DNA of 64,000 bases from Clostridia bacterium (GTDB lineage Bacteria; Bacillota; Clostridia; Christensenellales; CAG-314), in contig JAFVYC010000039.1 of assembly GCA_017500855.1 (NCBI GenBank), forward strand, positions 12,064 to 76,063, written 5' to 3'. The notes under the pieces were generated by a model. That model had not been told where the DNA came from, did no database searches, and saw only the letters and a program-made list of their open reading frames with translations. This document shows, one piece after another, positions 8,791-19,116 of the stretch. A program made the translations under genes and the position numbers. Positions within the stretch are counted from its first letter, which is position 1, and every line of letters starts with the position of its first letter.

Positions 8791-11700
8791 CTATTTTTTG
8801 TACCAAGAATCACTGTTATAGAGTGAACTAAAGTACAATGCATTGGTAGATGGATCAGTTACGCTTGTTTGAATATCTTCCAAACCAGTTGTACGATACC
8901 AAGTTGTGGTATCTTTGAAGGTTATGCTTTGCAAACTACTGCAATTATAGAACACATATTGACCAATACTTGTTACACTGTCGGGTATTGTGATACTTTG
9001 CAAACTTGTGCAATCACGGAACGCATAGTGCGGTATGCTTGTAAGGTTGTTGTTCAGCGTAACGCTTGTCAGATAATGGCAACCCTTAAACGCACTTCCA
9101 ACCATATACTTGCAATTCTCATCCACCACCACAGTTTTTGCGCCTTGCGTTGTTGCTCCAAACAAATATAGATACGGATTGCTTTCGTTGCCCAAGTATC
9201 GGAGGTAGTTCTTTACGTTGTACTGCAAGTTATCGCAACCTGAGAAAGTGGTTGTGTCAATTCCGTCTATTTTACCGTAAATAACTACTTTTGTTAGTTT
9301 TGTGCAATTGTTCAACATACTTTTGCCAATAGCAGTCACGCTTTCTGGTATTGTGATGTTTTGCAAACTACTGCAATTATAGAACGCATAGCTGCCAATT
9401 GTCGTTACACTGTTGGGGATTGTGATGCTTTGCAAACTACTGCAATTATAGAACGCATAATCGCCAATTGAAGTTACACCGTCTGGGATTGTGATACTTT
9501 GCAAACTACTGCAATCGTAGAACGCATGGGTGGGTATGCTTGTAAGTTGGTTACTCAGTTCAACGCTTGTCAAGGATATGCAACTGCTAAACGCACCTTC
9601 AATCATGCCTACGCAATTTTTATCCACCACGGCAGATGTTATGTCTTCTGTCGTTACTCCAAACAAGTATAGATACGGGTTTCTTTCGTTGCCCAAGTAC
9701 TTGAGGTTGTCTTTTACGTTGTACTGCAAGTTTTCGCAACTTGTGAACGTGCTATTGTCGATTCCGTCTATTTTACCGCCGATAACAACGTTTGTCAGAT
9801 TTGTACAACCTTCGAACGCAAAACGTCCAATTGACGTTACGCTGTTTGGAATTGTGATGCTCGCTAGGCTGCTACAATCCTCGAACGCAGAATAGCCAAT
9901 TGACGTTACGCTGTTTGGGATTGTGATGCTTTGCAAACCGGTGCAACCGTAGAACGCATATCGACCAATACTTGTTACACTGTTGGGAATTGTGATACTT
10001 TGCAAACTACTGCAATTTCGGAACGCATGGGAGGGTATGCTTGCCAATTTGTTGCTCAGTTCAACGCTTGTCAGATATCGGCAACCATTAAACGCACTTT
10101 CAACCATGTACTTGCAATTTTTATCCAACTGCGCAGTTGTTATGTCTTTTGTTGTTGTGCCAAACAAGTATAGATACGGGTTTCTTTCGTTGCCCAAGTA
10201 CTTGAGGCCGTCCTTTACGTTGTACTGCAAGTTTTCGCAACCTTCGAATACGTCACTATAGATACTAGTTATTTGATCCCCCAACACAACACTTGACAGA
10301 TTTGTGCAATCTATAAACGCAAAAAGTCCAATTGATGTTACGCTGTTAGGGATTGTGATGCTTTGCAAACTACTGCAATTTCGGAACGTTGAGTCGCCAA
10401 TTGACGTTATGCCATTTGGAATTGTGATGCTTACCAAATCACTGCAACCGTAGAAAGCGCTGTTGCCAATTGACGTTACGCTGTTTGGGATTGTGATGCT
10501 TTTGATGCCTTGGCAATTGTAGAAAGCAAATTGGTTGATTTGAGTGACGTACGAAGGCACAACCACATTTGTTTTCGAACCAAAATATGCAACCAAAACC
10601 TTTTGCTCACCGTCGGTGTGAACAACAAACCCGTTGTCGTTTGTCAGTTTGCTTGTGAACTGTTCCCCGAAGTTTGTAACTGACAAGGCATACGCTCCAA
10701 CGGAACCGTTACTATAGTTTCCCTTTTTAACAGTTAGGTGCTTTGATTTGTTGTAAACCTCTACAAGTCTTTCGCAACCAGAAAACGCACCGTCTAGAAA
10801 ATAGTTTTCAATACTTTCAAGTTCTTCGGGAAGAGTTACGCTTATTATGCTTTTGCAATTAACAAATGCTTCGTGTTGGATAGTCGTTACGTCGTTTGGG
10901 ATGATAAGTTCCGTTACAAGTTGGTTGTTTAGGTACAGTTTTTTGTCATTTGAACCAAACCTCATAAGGTTGTAAACATTGGAAATGTTACACCATGCGC
11001 TAAGATCTGAGATGTAGATGTTCTGCAATTGTGAGCAACCATAGAATGCATTGTAAAAAATGATATCTAGACTGCTTGGAATAGTGACGGTTTGAAGGCT
11101 TTCACAACCCCCAAAAGCCCGGCTTTCGATGTTTGTGACACCTTGAGGAATTGTGATGCTTTGCAGTTTTGTACAATTTGAGAATGCTGTATTACCAATT
11201 GACGTTACGCTGTTGGGGATTGTGACATATTGCAAATTAGAACAATCCACGAAAGTACTCACCGGTATAGATTCTATTCCATTGGGCAAGGCAACAGTTA
11301 TGAGAGCAAGGCAACCGTCAAACACACCGTAGTCTAAGTACGTTACGCTGTTGGGAATTGTGATGCTTTGCAAATTTGAACAACCTGTAAAAGCCCTATC
11401 GTAGATTGACGTTACGCTGTTGGGGATTGTGACGTTTTGCAAGTTGTCGTTTTCGAAGGCTCTTGCGCCTATGCTAACAACAGGTTTTCCGTTGTAGGTG
11501 GATGGGATGACAACGTCGATATCTTCACAATTGCCACGGCCAACAACAGCGTAGGAGTTTTCCTCGATGGCTTCAAAAAGCAACCCTTGGGAAACGCCTT
11601 TGCCACAAACCGAACAAAAATCTCCATCCATTGCATGCCCTAAAGCAGAAACGTAGTTGTTGACAAAACTGTAGTTGCAAGCATTGCAAGTGTTGGTTGT

Positions 11701-12210
11701 GTAGCCAACCAAGGTGCAGGTTGGCACTGTTGTGACGGTTTGGTATCGATGAACGTGGTTTGGCGGGTAATGTGGGCCTTGCAGTGATCCACTTGTTGTT
11801 GTGATTTCCCCTGTGACAACGTTCAACTTTGCAGTTGCGTTTTTACCTGCAGGAGAGTAGTAGCAAAAGCCATTTTCTACTTTGAAAATGCCATTCATAC
11901 CCAAAGTTGCAACAAACTCTTCTACTGCTAGCGCTTCCGACCAGAAATAACCCATTGCACCATTTTGCAAATAGTCCGCTTCGGAAATTCCGTCGGCAAG
12001 GTTGAAGTCGTCGCCGTTGATAACGTCTTGGTTGAAAAGCGCATCCCTGATTTGCGTCATTTCTTGCAAAGCAATGCTTTGGTGTGCTTGGTCGATAAAA
12101 ACATTGTAGCCCACAATTGAAACAGTGGCAAGAATGGCAAGGATGGCAATGACCACCAATAATTCCGTCAGTGTGAAACCTTGTTTTATTTTGATCTTAG
12201 TGTTTTTCAT
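8791..12210 (-). CDS. Modular type IV pilin-like protein: prepilin N-terminus fused to a BspA-type leucine-rich-repeat adhesin
   Basis: ORF 8791-12318. Start set at ATG 12210, giving MKNTKIKIKQG|FTLTELLVVIAILAILA (class III signal, G-1/F+1/E+5). Followed by about 40 units of the ITIPNSVTSIGxxAFxxCxSL LRR_5-type repeat in three large reiterations. SD is weak. Confidence 0.8.
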   Translation of the reverse strand: MKNTKIKIKQGFTLTELLVVIAILAILATVSIVGYNVFIDQAHQSIALQEMTQIRDALFNQDVINGDDFNLADGISEADYLQNGAMGYFWSEALAVEEFVATLGMNGIFKVENGFCYYSPAGKNATAKLNVVTGEITTTSGSLQGPHYPPNHVHRYQTVTTVPTCTLVGYTTNTCNACNYSFVNNYVSALGHAMDGDFCSVCGKGVSQGLLFEAIEENSYAVVGRGNCEDIDVVIPSTYNGKPVVSIGARAFENDNLQNVTIPNSVTSIYDRAFTGCSNLQSITIPNSVTYLDYGVFDGCLALITVALPNGIESIPVSTFVDCSNLQYVTIPNSVTSIGNTAFSNCTKLQSITIPQGVTNIESRAFGGCESLQTVTIPSSLDIIFYNAFYGCSQLQNIYISDLSAWCNISNVYNLMRFGSNDKKLYLNNQLVTELIIPNDVTTIQHEAFVNCKSIISVTLPEELESIENYFLDGAFSGCERLVEVYNKSKHLTVKKGNYSNGSVGAYALSVTNFGEQFTSKLTNDNGFVVHTDGEQKVLVAYFGSKTNVVVPSYVTQINQFAFYNCQGIKSITIPNSVTSIGNSAFYGCSDLVSITIPNGITSIGDSTFRNCSSLQSITIPNSVTSIGLFAFIDCTNLSSVVLGDQITSIYSDVFEGCENLQYNVKDGLKYLGNERNPYLYLFGTTTKDITTAQLDKNCKYMVESAFNGCRYLTSVELSNKLASIPSHAFRNCSSLQSITIPNSVTSIGRYAFYGCTGLQSITIPNSVTSIGYSAFEDCSSLASITIPNSVTSIGRFAFEGCTNLTNVVIGGKIDGIDNSTFTSCENLQYNVKDNLKYLGNERNPYLYLFGVTTEDITSAVVDKNCVGMIEGAFSSCISLTSVELSNQLTSIPTHAFYDCSSLQSITIPDGVTSIGDYAFYNCSSLQSITIPNSVTTIGSYAFYNCSSLQNITIPESVTAIGKSMLNNCTKLTKVVIYGKIDGIDTTTFSGCDNLQYNVKNYLRYLGNESNPYLYLFGATTQGAKTVVVDENCKYMVGSAFKGCHYLTSVTLNNNLTSIPHYAFRDCTSLQSITIPDSVTSIGQYVFYNCSSLQSITFKDTTTWYRTTGLEDIQTSVTDPSTNALYFSSLYNSDSWYKK

Positions 12211-12359
12211 CTTTAAGTTTGCAAAAATGCCAAAAGCAAATGCATGTTTTGCAAGCAGTTCCCATTGAAAAAATGCCAGCAAAAAGCATTGTTTGCCTAC
12301 CATTGCACACAACAACACACGACGTTTGTTATATACAAAAGTATAATGTTTACTCTACT

Positions 12360-12388
12360 ATATTACACCTAAACAATGCATGTGTCAA
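12360..12388 (-). promoter_or_regulatory. Sigma-70-type promoter of the LRR pilin gene
   Basis: Minus strand reads TTGACA (12388-12383), 17 nt, TAATAT (12365-12360). Spacer and -10 are homologous to the promoter at 52848-52877. Confidence 0.6.
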
Positions 12389-12461
12389 TAGTTTTTTGAA
12401 ATTATGTGCCAATTGTCAATTTCCCATATGCACCAAGATTGACCTTGACTGCTTGTACTAC

Positions 12462-12490
12462 AAAAAAAGGAGAGCCTAAGCCCTCCTTTG
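12462..12490 (-). terminator. Possible terminator between the topoisomerase operon and the pilin promoter
   Basis: AAAGGAG / CTCCTTT stem with a 10-nt loop and a U-run on the minus strand. About 310 nt downstream of the stop at 12800. Confidence 0.3.
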
Positions 12491-12517
12491 GGATTTTGTT
12501 GAGATGGAAAATTTGCT

Positions 12518-12730
12518 GTTTTTGCAACGTGATTTTTGCGTTTTTGCAATTAAACGACATGTGGTTTTGCAAAGAATTGCGTAAATTTTGGCAACGCAAT
12601 ATGTGTTGTTTTGCAACACGATATTTAATGTTTTACAAAACAAACCATTTTGGTTTTTGCAACGTGATTTTTGTGCATTTTTGCAACAAAACGTCACGTG
12701 TTTTTGCAAAGAATTGTGCCAATTTCCGCA
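12518..12730. repeat. Two about 77-bp direct repeat copies (12518-12594 and 12653-12730)
   Basis: GTTTTTGCAACGTGATTTTTG..TTTTTGCAA..ACG.CA.GTG.TTTTGCAAAGAATTG.G..AATTT occurs twice, 135 bp apart, at roughly 80 percent identity by eye. Confidence 0.7.
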
Positions 12731-12799
12731 CCACGGGGTGGGGGTTTTGGGGCAAGATGCCTGTTGTTCAGCTTGCCGTTGGCTTTGGCATACGTTGCT

Positions 12800-15301
12800 C
12801 TACTCCACGTGGAATTTGATGCCGTTTGTGTAGAAGTGGGCAACGCTTTCCACAACAATTCCACCACGTTTGCCTTGTGGCAGTTTGCCCTTGTGGTTTT
12901 TGCTTTCTACCGAAACGGACTTGGTTTCCACAACGTAGGTGTTTGCCCTGTCCTTGATGGCAATTGCGTAGTGCTCACTTCCAACGTAGTCGGCAAACAC
13001 AAGGCAAGTGCCGTTGTTGCCAAATTCCATGCCCTTTGCGCCCTTGCAGTTGCGTGCGTGGATTGTGATGTCCTTCACAGCCAAACGCTTGCAGAAGCCC
13101 TTGTCCGTTACCATCAGCACTTGGCCGTTGGCTTCGTCCACTTGGCCTGCAAACACAAGGTGTTCGCCATCGGTAAGGTTGATGCCCATCACGCCACCGG
13201 TAACACGGGTTTGAACGGGCACTTCTTCCGTTTTGAAGCGAACGCAACCGCCACGGTTTGTCACAAGGAAGATTTGGGAATTTGGTTGTTCGCACTCAAC
13301 GCACAAAACTTCGTCCTTGTCCTTGCACTTGAAGCCTTGGAACACGGATTTTTGAAGCATGTAGTATGCCCAAGAACTGCGCTTGATCATGCCTTGGCGT
13401 GTGTACACAATCAAATTGGACGTTGGTTCGGCATCCTTTTTCAGCACGAACATGGAAACGGGCACTTCGCCAAGTTGTGCCTCGGGGAACAACTTGAACA
13501 ACGGCGTGCCTTCGTCTCGGAAGCGAACGTCCTTCAAGTCCTCCACGGCAATTTGCATCACGTTGCCAAAGTTTGTGAACAGCATCAACTTGCTGTCCGT
13601 TGTAGTTTCCACAGCGGAAACAAGCAAATCGGCATTGGTAAGTTTTACGGGGTCTCGATCCGACTTGTTGAAACTCTTCAGGGCAATGCGCTTGATGGTT
13701 TTGTCGGCAGTCAGGCACACAACGCAGTTTTCAACGGGCTTTTCGTCCGTTTCGCTTGGCACAACGTAGTCGGCAACGTCCTTGACCATTTCGCTTTTGC
13801 GCCCAACTTTGTAGGTGCGCTTGATGGCAAGCAGTTCCGTTTTTACCAAATTCATTTGCTCCTTTTTGCTGTTGATGATGATGCCAAGGCGCTTGATTTT
13901 TTGGTGAAGTTCGGCAAGTTCCGTTTCCAACTTGTTTACTTCCAGCTTGGTGATGCGAGCAAGTCGCAAATCCAAAATGGCTTGCGCTTGGCGTTCGGAA
14001 AGGTCAAAACGGTTGCGCAATTTTTGCTTTGCATCGCTTGTGGATGCGGCGTTTTTGATGATTTGAATTACTTCGTCGATGTTGTTTACTGCAACAACAA
14101 GTCCTTCCAAAATGTGGGCACGTGCTTTGGCATCTTCCAGTTCAAACTTGGAGCGCTTCAAAATTACGTCCCTTTGGTAGGATACGTAGTAGGCAATAAT
14201 GTCCAACAAGCCCATCAGTTGCGGTTTGCCGTCGGCAATGGCAACCATGTTGATGCCGTAGGAAATTTCCAACTGCGTGTACTTGAACAGCAACGCAATT
14301 GTTTTGTTGGGGTCGGCATCCTTTTTCAGCTTGATAACGGCACGCATACCTTCCTTGTCGCTTTCGTCAACAATTTCGGCAATGTTGCTTTGGAAAAATT
14401 CCTTCTTGTCCTTGTCGTCCTTCAAGGCGGCTATTTTCATTAGCAAATCTGCCTTGCTAAGCCCGTAGGGAATTTCCGTGATTACAATGTTGCGCTTGTC
14501 GCCGGGGGCAACTTCCACGTGCATTTTGGCACGAATCAAAATTTTGCCCTTGCCCGTTTCGTAGGCTTGCTTCAAGCCTTCGCCCGGGATGACGAAACCA
14601 CCCGTGGGGAAATCCGGCCCCTTGATGATTTTCATCATTTGTTCCAAACTGATGTTTTTGTTTTCGATGAAGGCAACAACACCGTCGATAACTTCCACAA
14701 GGTTGTGTGGGGGGATGTTGGTTGCAAGCCCAACTGCAATACCGGTGCTTCCGTTAACAAGCAAGTTGGGGTATCTGCCGGGCAAAATGTCCGGTTCCTT
14801 GGTTGTGTCGTCGAAGTTGCGAGACCAACGCACGGTGTCCTTTTCGATGTCTCGAAGCAATTCCAACGCCATTGGGGTTAGCCTTGCTTCGGTGTAGCGC
14901 ATTGCTGCAGCGCTGTCGCCGTCGATGTTGCCGAAGTTGCCTTGGCCGTGCACAAGTGGCACGTTAAGTTGGAAATCTTGCGCCATGCGCACCATTGCAT
15001 CGTAGATGGAACTGTCGCCGTGTGGGTGGTACCTACCCATGCAGTCGCCGACGATACGTGCCGACTTGCGAGTGGGCTTGTCCGGCAGGTTGCCTTGTTC
15101 GTACATAGAGTACAAAATACGGCGTTGAACGGGTTTTAGACCGTCTTCCACACGGGGAAGCGCCCTGTCCAAAATTACGTGTTCGGCGTAGGGCATCATG
15201 GATTCCCGCATTACAACTTCCATTGGCTTTACCAACAGGTTACTGCCGTCGTCCATCTTTTCTATATCTTTTGGTAGTTGAAAAATATCTGATTGTTTCA
15301 T
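12800..15301 (-). CDS. Type IIA DNA topoisomerase subunit A (GyrA/ParC family; ParC-like because no GyrA box was found)
   Basis: [57 protein letters not shown] (catalytic Tyr region) and a beta-pinwheel CTD. No QRRGGKG-type box at the CTD start. GGGAGGG SD. Confidence 0.9.
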   Translation of the reverse strand: MKQSDIFQLPKDIEKMDDGSNLLVKPMEVVMRESMMPYAEHVILDRALPRVEDGLKPVQRRILYSMYEQGNLPDKPTRKSARIVGDCMGRYHPHGDSSIYDAMVRMAQDFQLNVPLVHGQGNFGNIDGDSAAAMRYTEARLTPMALELLRDIEKDTVRWSRNFDDTTKEPDILPGRYPNLLVNGSTGIAVGLATNIPPHNLVEVIDGVVAFIENKNISLEQMMKIIKGPDFPTGGFVIPGEGLKQAYETGKGKILIRAKMHVEVAPGDKRNIVITEIPYGLSKADLLMKIAALKDDKDKKEFFQSNIAEIVDESDKEGMRAVIKLKKDADPNKTIALLFKYTQLEISYGINMVAIADGKPQLMGLLDIIAYYVSYQRDVILKRSKFELEDAKARAHILEGLVVAVNNIDEVIQIIKNAASTSDAKQKLRNRFDLSERQAQAILDLRLARITKLEVNKLETELAELHQKIKRLGIIINSKKEQMNLVKTELLAIKRTYKVGRKSEMVKDVADYVVPSETDEKPVENCVVCLTADKTIKRIALKSFNKSDRDPVKLTNADLLVSAVETTTDSKLMLFTNFGNVMQIAVEDLKDVRFRDEGTPLFKLFPEAQLGEVPVSMFVLKKDAEPTSNLIVYTRQGMIKRSSWAYYMLQKSVFQGFKCKDKDEVLCVECEQPNSQIFLVTNRGGCVRFKTEEVPVQTRVTGGVMGINLTDGEHLVFAGQVDEANGQVLMVTDKGFCKRLAVKDITIHARNCKGAKGMEFGNNGTCLVFADYVGSEHYAIAIKDRANTYVVETKSVSVESKNHKGKLPQGKRGGIVVESVAHFYTNGIKFHVE

Positions 15302-15317
15302 TGACGTACCCTCCCCG

Positions 15318-17279
15318 CTAGCTCAACTCGTCGAACAGACGGTCTTTGTCTTTGTTGAAATCGGCATTTTCAATGATGAACGCCTTGCGAGCGTCCACTT
15401 GGTCGCCCATAAGAGTGGTTACCATGCGTTCCGCTTCGGAAAAGTCTTCGATGTTGACACGCATCAAAGTGCGTGTTTGTGGGTTCATTGTCGTTTCCCA
15501 AAGTTGTTCGGCATTCATTTCGCCAAGCCCCTTGTAGCGTTGCAAATCGTAGCCTTTGCCAAACTCGTCAACAATTTCTTGCAGTTCGGCATCGTCGTAG
15601 GCGTAGCGCACCTTGTCCTTTTTGGAAACTTTGTAGAGGGGTGGCATGCCAATGTACACGTGGCCTTCGGTGATGAGTTCCTTCATGTAGCGGAAGAAGA
15701 AAGTCAGCAAAATTGCACGGATGTGCGCACCATCTTGGTCGGCATCGGACAAAATGATGATTTTGTCGTAGCGAAGATCTTCAATTTTGAAGTCTTCCTC
15801 GCCAATGCCCGTGTTGAGTGCGGAAATTAGCGAACGAATTTCTTCGTTGGCAAGCACTTGGTCGATGCGCTTGCGTTCGGCATTCAACGGCTTGCCACGA
15901 AGTGGCAAAATTGCTTGGAAACGGCGATTGCGTGCTTGCTTTGCACTGCCACCGGCGCTGTCCCCTTCCACAATGAACAGTTCGTTTTTGCTTGCGTCCT
16001 TGCCCGTGCAACTTGCAAGCTTGCCCACCAAGGTGGAGTTGTAGATGCTGTTCTTTTGGCGAGTTTCGTCCTTGGCTTTGCGTGCTGCTTCACGCACTTT
16101 TGCCGATTGAATGGATTTTTTGATGATGGTTTCGGCAGAGGTTGGGTTGGTGTGCATAAGTTGCTCCAACGCTTCCGTTGCAAGCGCTTCGCAAGCCACC
16201 CTTGCTTCGGTGTTGCCAAGTTTGGTTTTGGTTTGACCTTCGAACTGCACGTTTGCCATCTTGACAGACATTACAAGCGTGATACCTTCACGGAAGTCTT
16301 CGCCAAGCAAGTTGGCATCCTTGGCTTTCAACAAACCCTTTTCCCTTGCGTACTCGTTGAAGACTTTGGTCATTGCCGACTTCAAGCCTGTTTCGTGCAT
16401 GCCACCTTCGCTTGTGGGAATGTTGTTTACGTAGGACACAAAGTTTTCGGTGTAGCTGGTTGTGTACTGAAATGCAAATTCCAGTTGCAACACTTCGTTT
16501 TGCGCCGACCAGTACAAGGGTTTTGCGTGCAAACGTGTTTTGTTTTCGTTGAGGTAGTTGACAAAATCCACCAAACCGCCTTCGTAACAGTAGGTTTTGC
16601 TGTAGGTGTTGCCTTCCTCGTCGGCAGTGCGTTCGTCCAACAGCGTGAAGGTGATGCCCTTGTTCAAAAAGGCAAGTTCCTTGATGCGCTTGGAAATTAC
16701 GTCCCTGTCCATTTGGATGGACTTGAACACACGTGCATCAGGCAAGAAAGTGATTGTTGAGCCGTGAAGTTTGGTTTTGCCAACCTTGGTCAAACTGTCC
16801 TTGGGCACACCACTCAGCACCTTGCCATCTACTTCCGGGCTGTGGAAGTGTTGAACGTAGTGATGGCCGTCCTTGTGCACTTCTACCGTCAGCCAACTGC
16901 TCAATGCATTGGCAACGCTTGCGCCAACGCCGTGCAAACCGCCGGAGTAGGCATAGTTGTCGCTGTTGAATTTGCCACCTGCGTGCAGTTGCGTGAACAC
17001 AACTTCCACACCGCTGACCTTCAACGTTGGGTGAATGTCCACAGGGATGCCACGTCCGTTGTCGGAAACGGTAACGGAGCCGTCGTTGTGCAACACCACG
17101 TCAATTTTGTTGGCAAAGCCGTTGGTGGCTTCGTCCACAGCGTTGTCTACAATTTCCCACAACAAGTGGTGAAGACCTTGCCTGCCCGTTGTACCGATGT
17201 ACATACCGGGGCGCAGACGAACTGCATCCAAACCTTCCAACACTTGAATGTCGCTTGCTTGATAAGATTTTTGTGCCAT
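15318..17279 (-). CDS. Type IIA DNA topoisomerase subunit B (GyrB/ParE family)
   Basis: ORF 15318-17414. Start moved to ATG 17279 (GGAGG SD), giving [29 protein letters not shown]. Has [23 protein letters not shown], the EGDSAGG Toprim motif and YKGLGEMN. Confidence 0.9.
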   Translation of the reverse strand: MAQKSYQASDIQVLEGLDAVRLRPGMYIGTTGRQGLHHLLWEIVDNAVDEATNGFANKIDVVLHNDGSVTVSDNGRGIPVDIHPTLKVSGVEVVFTQLHAGGKFNSDNYAYSGGLHGVGASVANALSSWLTVEVHKDGHHYVQHFHSPEVDGKVLSGVPKDSLTKVGKTKLHGSTITFLPDARVFKSIQMDRDVISKRIKELAFLNKGITFTLLDERTADEEGNTYSKTYCYEGGLVDFVNYLNENKTRLHAKPLYWSAQNEVLQLEFAFQYTTSYTENFVSYVNNIPTSEGGMHETGLKSAMTKVFNEYAREKGLLKAKDANLLGEDFREGITLVMSVKMANVQFEGQTKTKLGNTEARVACEALATEALEQLMHTNPTSAETIIKKSIQSAKVREAARKAKDETRQKNSIYNSTLVGKLASCTGKDASKNELFIVEGDSAGGSAKQARNRRFQAILPLRGKPLNAERKRIDQVLANEEIRSLISALNTGIGEEDFKIEDLRYDKIIILSDADQDGAHIRAILLTFFFRYMKELITEGHVYIGMPPLYKVSKKDKVRYAYDDAELQEIVDEFGKGYDLQRYKGLGEMNAEQLWETTMNPQTRTLMRVNIEDFSEAERMVTTLMGDQVDARKAFIIENADFNKDKDRLFDELS

Positions 17280-17470
17280 TGTTTCCTCCAAAGGGCAATT
17301 TGTCGTTTGCAAAAAGCCGAGAAATTTTGTGCCAATGCGTTGGTTTTTGCAAAGCGCAGTTTTGCATTTTGTTGCAAAATGTGCAACGGGAAAAATGCAA
17401 AAGTAACTTGACAAAGCGCAAAACCAACGACTTGTTTTGTTGCATAAAAATGCAGGGTTTTGACACTACT

Positions 17471-17499
17471 ATTATACCACATTTCGACACACTTTGCAA
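17471..17499 (-). promoter_or_regulatory. Sigma-70-type promoter of the topoisomerase operon
   Basis: Minus strand reads TTGCAA (17499-17494), 17 nt, TGgTATAAT (-10 at 17476-17471). About 185-nt leader. Confidence 0.6.
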
Positions 17500-17983
17500 C
17501 AGTTATTTTTATATTTATTCATAGATTTTTGACAAATTTTTGCAAATATTTGCCTATGCATAAATATTTGTATAAATATTTATGATTTTGCATTTTTATG
17601 CAACGCAATTGTATAAATATTCATCGTTTATGCATTGTATGCAAGCCCAATTGCCCCAAAAAAGATTTGCAAAAAGTTTGGCTGTTTTGCAAAAAAAAAA
17701 TTGCAATTTGACAAAACATACTTTGGCAAATTAGCAACGGATTTGCGCAAAAAAACAAGCAAAATTGCCCGTAGTTTTGGTTGCGTAAACCCTTGAAAGA
17801 TTGCCACAAAAAGGCGTGCGCTTGGCAACGTGGATTTTGATAAGTCGTTGAAAATTTGGCAAATTGCTTCGTGACTACAAAACAGTTTCTTGCAAAGTGT
17901 GCTTGCGGTGCGGGCAGTTTGTTTTGCAAAACCAAGCAACTTTTGCAAAATGGCAAGAGCAGTGTTGGACAAATACTACAAAC

Positions 17984-18022
17984 AAAAAAACCACCGCTTG
18001 CGACTTGCACACTGCGGTGGTT
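17984..18022 (-). terminator. Probable terminator of the hydrolase gene
   Basis: CCACCGC / GCGGTGG stem (extended by AA/TT), 16-nt loop. A7 on the plus side gives U7 on the minus strand. Confidence 0.5.
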
Positions 18023-18168
18023 GGAATTGATTTTGAAAGTTTGCCATTTTGTGGCAAAGATAGTTTGATGCTTGCATTTTGCAAGTTTGCTTTGACAAAA
18101 CACCGAAGTTTTGCATTCAAGCATTTTGCCAGGCATCAGTTTGAATTGTTTCGGCAACAGTGCTAAAA

Positions 18169-19086
18169 TCAACGGCTAGTTTTGCTCAAACAACCGTCCA
18201 AGTAGTTGCAAACTTGTTGAAAAACGTCGGCTTTGCAAAGTGGCTCGTTCAAAATTTCGTGCCTTGCGCCCGGGTACAAAGTTGTTGCCACCTTTTGTAC
18301 GCCAACGGTTTTTGCGTAGAATTTGCAAAGTTTTTGCACGCCCTTGCCGTAGTTGCCAACGGGGTCGTCGGATCCCGCAACAAGCAAAATGGGTTTGCGT
18401 TTGTCTACACCACTTGCCGACTTTTTGCCGTACAAATCGGAAACGCCCTTCATGAAACAACGGTAGAAATTTGCGCTACACACAAAACCGCACAGTTCGT
18501 CGTTGTTGTACAAAGCAACTTGGTCGGCATCCCTGTTGAGCCAAGCATTTTTGCCGGGGAATTTCTTTTCGTACATGCCAAAGGAAAGGTTGGCAATTAG
18601 TTGCGCAGGATGGTTGCCACCCTTGTGCTTGCACATCCACTTGGCAATGGCGTGGCACAGTTTGAAGGAAATGCCCTTCATGTAGTTACTGCCACACAGC
18701 ACAAAACCGTCGAGGTTGTTGGGTTGGCAAACTACGCTTTGAGTGACGAAACTGCCGTAGCTGTGACCGAACAAAAACACGGGCAAATTGTGTTGCGCCT
18801 TGAGTTGGGCGCAAATGTCAATTTGGTCGTGGGCGTCGTTGGCAAACATTTCGCCATCTTCAAAGCCCAGACTGTTTTGCTTGGCGGAAAGTCCGTGACC
18901 ACGGTTGTCCGTTGCCACAACAACGTAGCCGTGCTTGTTCAAATGCTGTGCAAACTCATCGTAGCGTTTGGCGTGCTCTGCCATGCCGTGGCAAATTTTT
19001 ACCACACCTTTGGGGCTGGCAACGTCGTCCCAAACGTAGAGCGCAATGCTTTTGCCATCGAAAGTTGCAAATGTGGATTGTTTCAT
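18169..19086 (-). CDS. Alpha/beta hydrolase (lysophospholipase/monoacylglycerol-lipase-like)
   Basis: ORF 18169-19311. Start moved to ATG 19086 (AAAGGAAA SD). Has HGMAEH, the GHSYG nucleophile elbow, and C-terminal GARHEILNE (His of the triad). Confidence 0.8.
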   Translation of the reverse strand: MKQSTFATFDGKSIALYVWDDVASPKGVVKICHGMAEHAKRYDEFAQHLNKHGYVVVATDNRGHGLSAKQNSLGFEDGEMFANDAHDQIDICAQLKAQHNLPVFLFGHSYGSFVTQSVVCQPNNLDGFVLCGSNYMKGISFKLCHAIAKWMCKHKGGNHPAQLIANLSFGMYEKKFPGKNAWLNRDADQVALYNNDELCGFVCSANFYRCFMKGVSDLYGKKSASGVDKRKPILLVAGSDDPVGNYGKGVQKLCKFYAKTVGVQKVATTLYPGARHEILNEPLCKADVFQQVCNYLDGCLSKTSR

Positions 19087-19116
19087 TGTTGAATTTCCTT
19101 TGTGTAGAGTAAAAAT

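Noticed and set aside
12671-14443. Very long ORFs antisense to clear genes. Examples: 12671-14443 (+) in the topoisomerase A gene; 15858-16760 (+); 20638-21873 (+); 36436-37878 (+); 40812-41963 (-); 43224-44471 (+); 44733-46187 (+); 46640-48544 (+); 47931-48884 (-); 54277-55251 (-).
   Set aside because: Each lies fully inside a gene with strong family motifs on the other strand. They lack RBS-supported starts and have skewed V/F/H/C/N-rich compositions typical of shadow ORFs.
12800-15301. Naming the topoisomerase pair gyrA/gyrB.
   Set aside because: The subunit A CTD shows no GyrA box (QRRGGKG-like), and the locus lacks the dnaA-dnaN-recF context. Topo IV (ParC/ParE) is therefore at least as likely. 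Gene symbols are left blank rather than guessed.
17621-18172. 183-aa minus-strand ORF filling the spacer between the hydrolase and topoisomerase genes.
   Set aside because: C/Q/F/K-rich translation produced by the reiterated TTGCAA/TTTTGC words. No RBS and no domain-like pattern. Treated as non-coding.
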